DNA from: Nitrospirota bacterium
GTDB lineage: Bacteria; Nitrospirota; Thermodesulfovibrionia; Thermodesulfovibrionales; SM23-35
Direction: 5' to 3'
Assembly (NCBI GenBank): GCA_040756135.1
Contig: JBFLZS010000008.1
Location: forward strand, 5,021 to 69,020
Length of the DNA: 64,000 nt
This document shows positions 58,869 to 64,000 of the stretch, piece by piece (position 1 is the first letter of the stretch; each line of letters opens with the position of its first letter). The notes beneath the pieces are model-generated. The model did no database searches, had not been told where the DNA came from, and saw nothing but the letters and a program-made list of their open reading frames with translations. The translations under genes and the position numbers were made by a program.

Positions 58869-61217
58869 CTACTTATCCAGTACCTCCCTCACCTTTCTTA
58901 AAAGCTCTTTTGGTGAAAGAGGTTTTGAGATGAAATCAAATTCTTCATCAAGAAAGCCCTTTCTCCTGACAATATCAACTGCGTAACCGCTTACAAAAAG
59001 GGCTTTAATATCATGTCTTATTTTCTTTATTTCATCATAAGCCTCTTTACCACTCTTCTTTGGCATTACTACATCAAGGATTAAAAGCTGGATTTTATCT
59101 TTATCTTCTATAAATTTTTTTATCGCATCCTCTCCATCCACAGCCTCTAAAACCTTATATCCAAATTTCTGAAGTATATCTTTTGTGAGTTTTCTCACCT
59201 CCAGATCATCCTCTACTAACAATATTGTCTCTGTGCCACCGGTTGGGATGGTAACAGTCGAAGGTTTTATTTCTTCAACGTATGATTTAATCACCGGCAG
59301 ATATATCTTGAATGTTGTGCCTTTCCCTGATTCACTATTTACATTGATATAGCCGTTATGCTGTTTAATTATCCCGTATACCATCGAAAGCCCGAGCCCT
59401 GTGCCTCTCCCCACTTCTTTTGTTGTAAAAAATGGTTCAAATATCTTTTTGACTATCTTTTTATCCATGCCAGTACCTGTATCTGTTACGGATATAAGCG
59501 CATATCTACCGGGCTTTTTATATTTAAATGCACTTAAAAACTCTTCATCTAATTCTACAAGTTCAGTGCTTATAGTCAAACAACCTCCGTCAGGCATCGC
59601 ATCCCTTGCATTTGTAGCAAGATTCACCAAGACCTGCTCTATCTGACCTTGATCTGCCATAACAACTACATCTTCAATCCCCCCTTGCCCCCCTTTATCA
59701 AAGGGGGGTGTGGGGGGATTAAGTATGACTTTAAGTTCAACGTCTTCACCAATAACCCTTAATAAAAGTTTCTCTACCTTTTTTATAATCTCATTGAGAC
59801 TCACTGGCATTGGTTTGATTATCTGTTCTCTGCTAAATGCAAGCAGACTCTGTATCAGGTTAGCTGCCCTCTCTGATGAGACAAGTATCATTTCTACATT
59901 ATGCTTTAAAGGGTCATCTTCAACCATCTCCTCTTGCAGGAGTTTTCCATAGCCTATAATTGTTGTGAGCATATTGTTAAATTCATGAGCAATGCCACCA
60001 GTCAGTGTTCCGACAGCCTCCATCTTCTGGGCTTGAAGGAGTTGCGATTCGAGTCTCCTCTGATCAGTCACGTCTCGCATCATCCCCCGATATGACACGA
60101 TGTTGCCTTTCTCATCGTGGACAGCCGTAGTTGTCGCAAGCACAATTAGTCTCTTACCGTCTTTCTTCTTCAAAACCAACTCATAATCTTTTACGAATCC
60201 ATGCTGCTTTAAAGCTTGTTGATACTTTTCTCTGTCTTGAGGATTAAAATAAAGATCCTGCGCAATATCAATTCTCAGAAGTTCATCTTTTGAAGAATAT
60301 CCGAGCAATTCAACCCCGGAAGGATTGATATCCAGAAACCTTCCTTCAGGTGTACTAATAAAGACTGCGTCTTTTGATTCTTCGAACAGGGTACGATATT
60401 TTTCTTCGGACATTCGCAACTCTTTCTCTGCCTTTCTATGTTCTGTGATATCACGGAAGACCAAGACTACACCGATAATATTGCCATCTCTGTCCTTGAT
60501 AGGGGCGCCGCTGTCTGCTATGATCCTTTCCGTGCCATCCCTGGCAATAAGTATGGTATGGTTGGCAAGCCCGACAATCAAACCAGTCGTGATGACCCTT
60601 GTAACAGGGTCTTCAGGAATCTTACGGGTTTTTTCATTAATGATATGGAAGATCTCATAATGAGGTTTGCCTGCAGCCTCTTGTTGAGTCCAGCCTGTGA
60701 GCTCTTCTGCTACCTTATTGATTAAGAGTATTTTCCCTTCCCTGTCGGTGGCAATAACACCATCGCCTATAGAGCGGAGGGTCACGAGGAGGCGTTCTTT
60801 TTCGACTGCAAGCTCCATGGTCTTTTTTTCAATTTCCTTTTTTAATTCTAATTGATTCAAACAATGTGCAATAGTGTTCAGTATTTCTTTTGATTCAAAA
60901 GGCTTTTCAATAAAGTCATAGACACCGAGACGAAATGTAGCTATGGCTTTCTCTTTATCAGCATAGCCGGTAATTATGATTACTTCTGTATCTTTGTATT
61001 CCTCTTTGATCTTTTGCAATACCTCGATCCCATCCATACCGGGCATCACGATATCGAGAATAACAAGGTCAAAAGTTTGAGAAGACATGATCTGAAGGCA
61101 TTCCGGACCGCTCGAAGCAGTTGCTACCTCATAGTCATAGTCCTGTAATAAACCGCTCAGACTCTTTCTAATCTTTTCTTCATCATCAACTACCAGAATC
61201 CTATATGGGGATGACAC
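58869..61217 (-). CDS. Hybrid sensor histidine kinase (REC, two PAS, HisKA, HATPase, REC) with an in-frame family-A insertion
   Basis: N-terminal REC (ILVVDDEE...DLVILDIVMPGMDG), two PAS domains, H-box GGIAHEFNN, N/G boxes (NLATNARDAM, DTGTGM, GTGLGLS) and a C-terminal REC (ILLVEDD...LLILDVVMPKKSG). Confidence 0.9.
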   Translation of the reverse strand: MSSPYRILVVDDEEKIRKSLSGLLQDYDYEVATASSGPECLQIMSSQTFDLVILDIVMPGMDGIEVLQKIKEEYKDTEVIIITGYADKEKAIATFRLGVYDFIEKPFESKEILNTIAHCLNQLELKKEIEKKTMELAVEKERLLVTLRSIGDGVIATDREGKILLINKVAEELTGWTQQEAAGKPHYEIFHIINEKTRKIPEDPVTRVITTGLIVGLANHTILIARDGTERIIADSGAPIKDRDGNIIGVVLVFRDITEHRKAEKELRMSEEKYRTLFEESKDAVFISTPEGRFLDINPSGVELLGYSSKDELLRIDIAQDLYFNPQDREKYQQALKQHGFVKDYELVLKKKDGKRLIVLATTTAVHDEKGNIVSYRGMMRDVTDQRRLESQLLQAQKMEAVGTLTGGIAHEFNNMLTTIIGYGKLLQEEMVEDDPLKHNVEMILVSSERAANLIQSLLAFSREQIIKPMPVSLNEIIKKVEKLLLRVIGEDVELKVILNPPTPPFDKGGQGGIEDVVVMADQGQIEQVLVNLATNARDAMPDGGCLTISTELVELDEEFLSAFKYKKPGRYALISVTDTGTGMDKKIVKKIFEPFFTTKEVGRGTGLGLSMVYGIIKQHNGYINVNSESGKGTTFKIYLPVIKSYVEEIKPSTVTIPTGGTETILLVEDDLEVRKLTKDILQKFGYKVLEAVDGEDAIKKFIEDKDKIQLLILDVVMPKKSGKEAYDEIKKIRHDIKALFVSGYAVDIVRRKGFLDEEFDFISKPLSPKELLRKVREVLDK
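59676..59720. repeat. Family-A palindromic element, in-frame in the kinase catalytic region (NPPTPPFDKGGQGGI)
   Basis: Sequence aatccccccttgcccccctttatcaaaggggggtgtggggggatt. Confidence 0.9.
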
Positions 61218-61233
61218 CTTTTTCTCTCCTACT

Positions 61234-61386
61234 TAGTGTCTGTTTATAAATTATGACTTATACAATTAGTCATTCCCCGACTTGATCCCCCGATCAAGTC
61301 GGAGGACGGAATCCAGTGTTTTCAATAGGTTCTGGATTGTCCGGTCAAGCCGGACAATGACAAAATACGAGTTTATAAACAGACTC
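61234..61386. repeat. MITE-like nested-hairpin element filling the spacer between two kinase genes
   Basis: Termini tagtgtctgtttataaa ... tttataaacagactct enclose family-C hairpins. The element ends 1 nt from the stop at 61388. Confidence 0.85.
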
Positions 61387-61387
61387 T

Positions 61388-62803
61388 TTATTTTATGGGC
61401 AGGTATACCCTGAAGGTTGTACCTACCCCCAACTCGCTTTCAAAATCTATCTTGCCGCCATGTCTTTCAATAATTCCATAACTAACGCTCAAACCAAGAC
61501 CTACACCTCGCGGCGCCTTTGTAGTAAAGAATGGATCAAATATCTTTCCCTGAATCTCTTCTCGAATACCGGTACCTGTATCCTGGATGCTTATAACTGC
61601 ATATGGATCTTTCTTATTTACGGAAATGGTTATGATTCCCCCTTTCTTCTTCTCGAGAATTGATTCGCAGCCATTGTTGATTATATTTATTAAAACCTGC
61701 TCAATCTGCCTTTTATCAGCAAAAATTTCCTCAACCTCTATTTCTTCTACTGATATAAGGACATTAACACGTTTGCAATCAGACTGGTGGAGAGCTACAA
61801 CACTTTCTATGGAGTCTCTAAGATTGTAATGGCTAAATTCCGGCTTGCTTTCCCTGGCATAGTCAAGCATAGCCATAGTGATCTTGTTGGCGGTTCGACT
61901 GGCCTCCTCGATAGTCCTTGCACGCTCCATCATGTATTGAGTAGAAAGTTCTTTTCCGCTTTCTATCATACTTAAAATCCTCTGGGCCTCGGTTAGCACA
62001 GGTGTCAACTGGTTTTTAATCTCATGTGCTATGCCTGCGGCAAGGCGGCCGAGGCCAACATGTTTCTCAGCCATAATTAACCCCTGCTGGACTTCGCTCA
62101 GTTTGCGGGTGCGTTTCTCAACCAGCTCTTCAAGATGGTCGTGGTGTTTTTGTAAGGCTTCCTCGGCCCGCTTACGCTCGGTTATGTCCTTGAAATCTTC
62201 AACAATGCCAATTAACTTTCCATCAGACCGACGAAATGGAGTCGCTGTCACAATGCAAGGTACTTCTGTACCGTCTCTTCGTTTTTTTATTGCCTCGAAT
62301 TCGACTCGCTCCTCACCACTGAAAATCCGTTTCAAAGAACAAATGGGAGTATGACATTGTGGGCCTGGAAACACCTCATAACATTTCTTCCCCACAGCTT
62401 CTTGTTTATCTATACCTGAAAGATTTGCAAATGTCTCATTAACTCTAAGTGTATTATAGTCTTTATCAATTACACGCATACCATCTGCTGCTGTCTGGAA
62501 TACCTGATTGAGTTCAGCATATGCGAGTTTGGCTGTCTCTTCAGCATGCTTGCGTCCAGTAATATGCAAGTTCATCGGCCGGAATAAAGAAAAATAAAGT
62601 ACTGGAAAGCACATGGTGGTTAGAATCAATGCATCGAAAATTGCCTCAAGAAGCAAAGGCAAAGGCGGCATGGATAGACTAATGAATATCATAATAAGAA
62701 CCTCTGCCAGAAATAAAGAGATTACCGTTATTATCAATAAACCAAAGGGCTTTTGATATCCCTTCATCGACGACGCAACCGATTGATCTTCTAAATGAGG
62801 CAC
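61388..62803 (-). CDS. Membrane sensor histidine kinase (2 TM, PAS, HisKA, HATPase); start uncertain
   Basis: TM helices FGLLIITVISLFLAEVLIMIFISL and LLEAIFDALILTTMCFPVLYF, a PAS domain, H-box AGIAHEIKN, and NIINNGCES, DTGTGI and GVGLGLS. The ORF-track start is a GTG. Confidence 0.85.
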   Translation of the reverse strand: MPHLEDQSVASSMKGYQKPFGLLIITVISLFLAEVLIMIFISLSMPPLPLLLEAIFDALILTTMCFPVLYFSLFRPMNLHITGRKHAEETAKLAYAELNQVFQTAADGMRVIDKDYNTLRVNETFANLSGIDKQEAVGKKCYEVFPGPQCHTPICSLKRIFSGEERVEFEAIKKRRDGTEVPCIVTATPFRRSDGKLIGIVEDFKDITERKRAEEALQKHHDHLEELVEKRTRKLSEVQQGLIMAEKHVGLGRLAAGIAHEIKNQLTPVLTEAQRILSMIESGKELSTQYMMERARTIEEASRTANKITMAMLDYARESKPEFSHYNLRDSIESVVALHQSDCKRVNVLISVEEIEVEEIFADKRQIEQVLINIINNGCESILEKKKGGIITISVNKKDPYAVISIQDTGTGIREEIQGKIFDPFFTTKAPRGVGLGLSVSYGIIERHGGKIDFESELGVGTTFRVYLPIK

Positions 62804-62871
62804 TGCAAATCGCTCCTCAATAGGCCGACTATTGGATCATCAACAACAAGTATCCTGTCTAAGAATGGCAT
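62791..62871 (-). pseudogene. 26-codon remnant of a response-regulator receiver N-terminus
   Basis: Own translation: MPFLDRILVVDDPIVGLLRSDLQCLI*. It has the ILVVDD beta1 motif, then stops. It overlaps the kinase start. Confidence 0.45.
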
Positions 62872-62977
62872 TTTTCTGTAAGAATTTAAGAATCTCTTCT
62901 TTATTACTAATATCTTGGCGTAAATCATACTTTTTGTCTACCATGAGAGTTTGACATTGATGTCTATCATGGCGGAG

Positions 62978-63973
62978 TTAATCCATCCGAATAGCAAATT
63001 TGATGAGATCCGGAAGGTTTCTGATAGCTAACTTCGCCATCAGACGACTGCGATAAGTCTCGACGGTTTTAGGTGAGAGGGAAAGAATTTCGGCGATATC
63101 TGTGCTCGTTTTGCCCTCAACAACAAATTGTAGGATTTCCTTTTCGCGTGGGCTGAGTCTGCGTAGTGCCTGCTCCACCTCCCTGCGCTTGGTAATGTCA
63201 CGCGAGACGCCAAGAACCTCAATAGGCCGACCATCCGGATCGCGCATGAAGGTCATTTTGGCCTCTGTCCAGACTGTAGAGCCATCCTTACATTTACTCT
63301 CAAGCTCCAGCGTCCGTGTTCTGAACATATCTTTATGCTCCATTTTTTCAATAGCCATCTCTTCTTCAAAAGTCTTCAAGGCAACATTAAGGGAAGAAGG
63401 AGTTAAGATTTCTTCCAAAGTCTGTGCCATCACTTCCTCAACGCTATACCCTCGAAGACGTGTTACGGAAGGACTTACGTATGTGGTTTTCAGACTCTTG
63501 ATATCCAAAGTCCATATGACATCTGCTACGTTTTCAGCAAGTAGACGGTAGCGCTCCCCGGATTCCTTCAGTTCTCTGTTCTTCCTTTCAATCTCTCTTC
63601 TTAATTCCAGTTGATTCAAACAGTGAGAAATGGTATTCAGTATTTCACTGGATTCAAAAGGCTTTTCAATAAAGTCATAAGCACCAAGCCGGAAGGTAGC
63701 AATAGCCTTTTCTTTATCAGCGTAGCCAGTGATTATGATTACTTCAGTATCCCTATATTTCTCCTTGATTTTCTGCAGTACCTCGACCCCGCCCCTGCCG
63801 GGTATAACGATATCAAGAATCACTAAGTCAAAGTTTTGAGAAGACATGATTTGGAGACATTCAGAGCCACTTCCAGCAATTATTACATCATAGCCTTGAT
63901 CCTGGAGTAATCCACTCAGGCTCTTACTTACCTTCTCTTCATCATCAACAACAAGTATTTTATGCGGAGGCAT
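62978..63973 (-). CDS. Response regulator (REC, PAS, LuxR-type HTH)
   Basis: The REC domain is nearly identical to that of 58869-61217. There is a PAS domain, and the C-terminal LSPREKEILQFVVEGKTSTDIAEILSLSPKTVETYRSRLMAKL is a LuxR/GerE HTH. Confidence 0.9.
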   Translation of the reverse strand: MPPHKILVVDDEEKVSKSLSGLLQDQGYDVIIAGSGSECLQIMSSQNFDLVILDIVIPGRGGVEVLQKIKEKYRDTEVIIITGYADKEKAIATFRLGAYDFIEKPFESSEILNTISHCLNQLELRREIERKNRELKESGERYRLLAENVADVIWTLDIKSLKTTYVSPSVTRLRGYSVEEVMAQTLEEILTPSSLNVALKTFEEEMAIEKMEHKDMFRTRTLELESKCKDGSTVWTEAKMTFMRDPDGRPIEVLGVSRDITKRREVEQALRRLSPREKEILQFVVEGKTSTDIAEILSLSPKTVETYRSRLMAKLAIRNLPDLIKFAIRMD

Positions 63974-64000
63974 CTTTCATTAATACCTATAGTAAACGAC

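Overview
A 64-kb chromosomal window from an AT-rich diderm bacterium. The repeat content looks like an uncultured anaerobe, but the lineage cannot be fixed from sequence alone. No transposase, phage gene, CRISPR array, rRNA or tRNA was recognised. Housekeeping blocks: a copper module (SHOCT, YHS, copA, DUF302), nrdR-glyA-rpiB, a VWA protein, a pseudouridine synthase, aspS, aroC, infB-rbfA-nrnA-truB, rpmB plus a DUF721 gene, tig-clpP-clpX, a HEPN/MNT pair, a frameshifted multiheme cytochrome and three two-component genes. There is also a pilMNOPQ operon. The main accessory feature is a roughly 22-kb block, all on the minus strand (41294 down to 19339). It encodes two lipoproteins, a 1357-aa surface protein, an S8 subtilase, a complete gspCDEFGHIJKLMN type II secretion system and a CPBP-family intramembrane protease. 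A second S8 subtilase converges on it, and a third sits nearby next to a PrcB-like gene. Two observations stand out. (1) The GspD secretin ends in a module homologous to the N-terminal prodomains of the two flanking subtilases. (2) Those two subtilases share a Cys-containing C-terminal tag (GGGxCSIG, a hydrophobic helix, then a basic tail). One tag lies 25 nt from the CPBP protease, which suggests a myxosortase-like, T2SS-coupled sorting system. The third subtilase carries only a decayed copy of the tag. The window is also heavily colonised by small repeats. A 44-45 nt G6/C6 palindrome occurs in intergenic DNA and in-frame inside at least seven genes, where it reads PPxPPLxKGGxGG. There is also a double-hairpin family, modules built from blocks of tandem heptamers, and MITE-like nested-hairpin clusters that abut or supply stop codons. 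All functional calls come from reading the translations and motifs; no database search was run.
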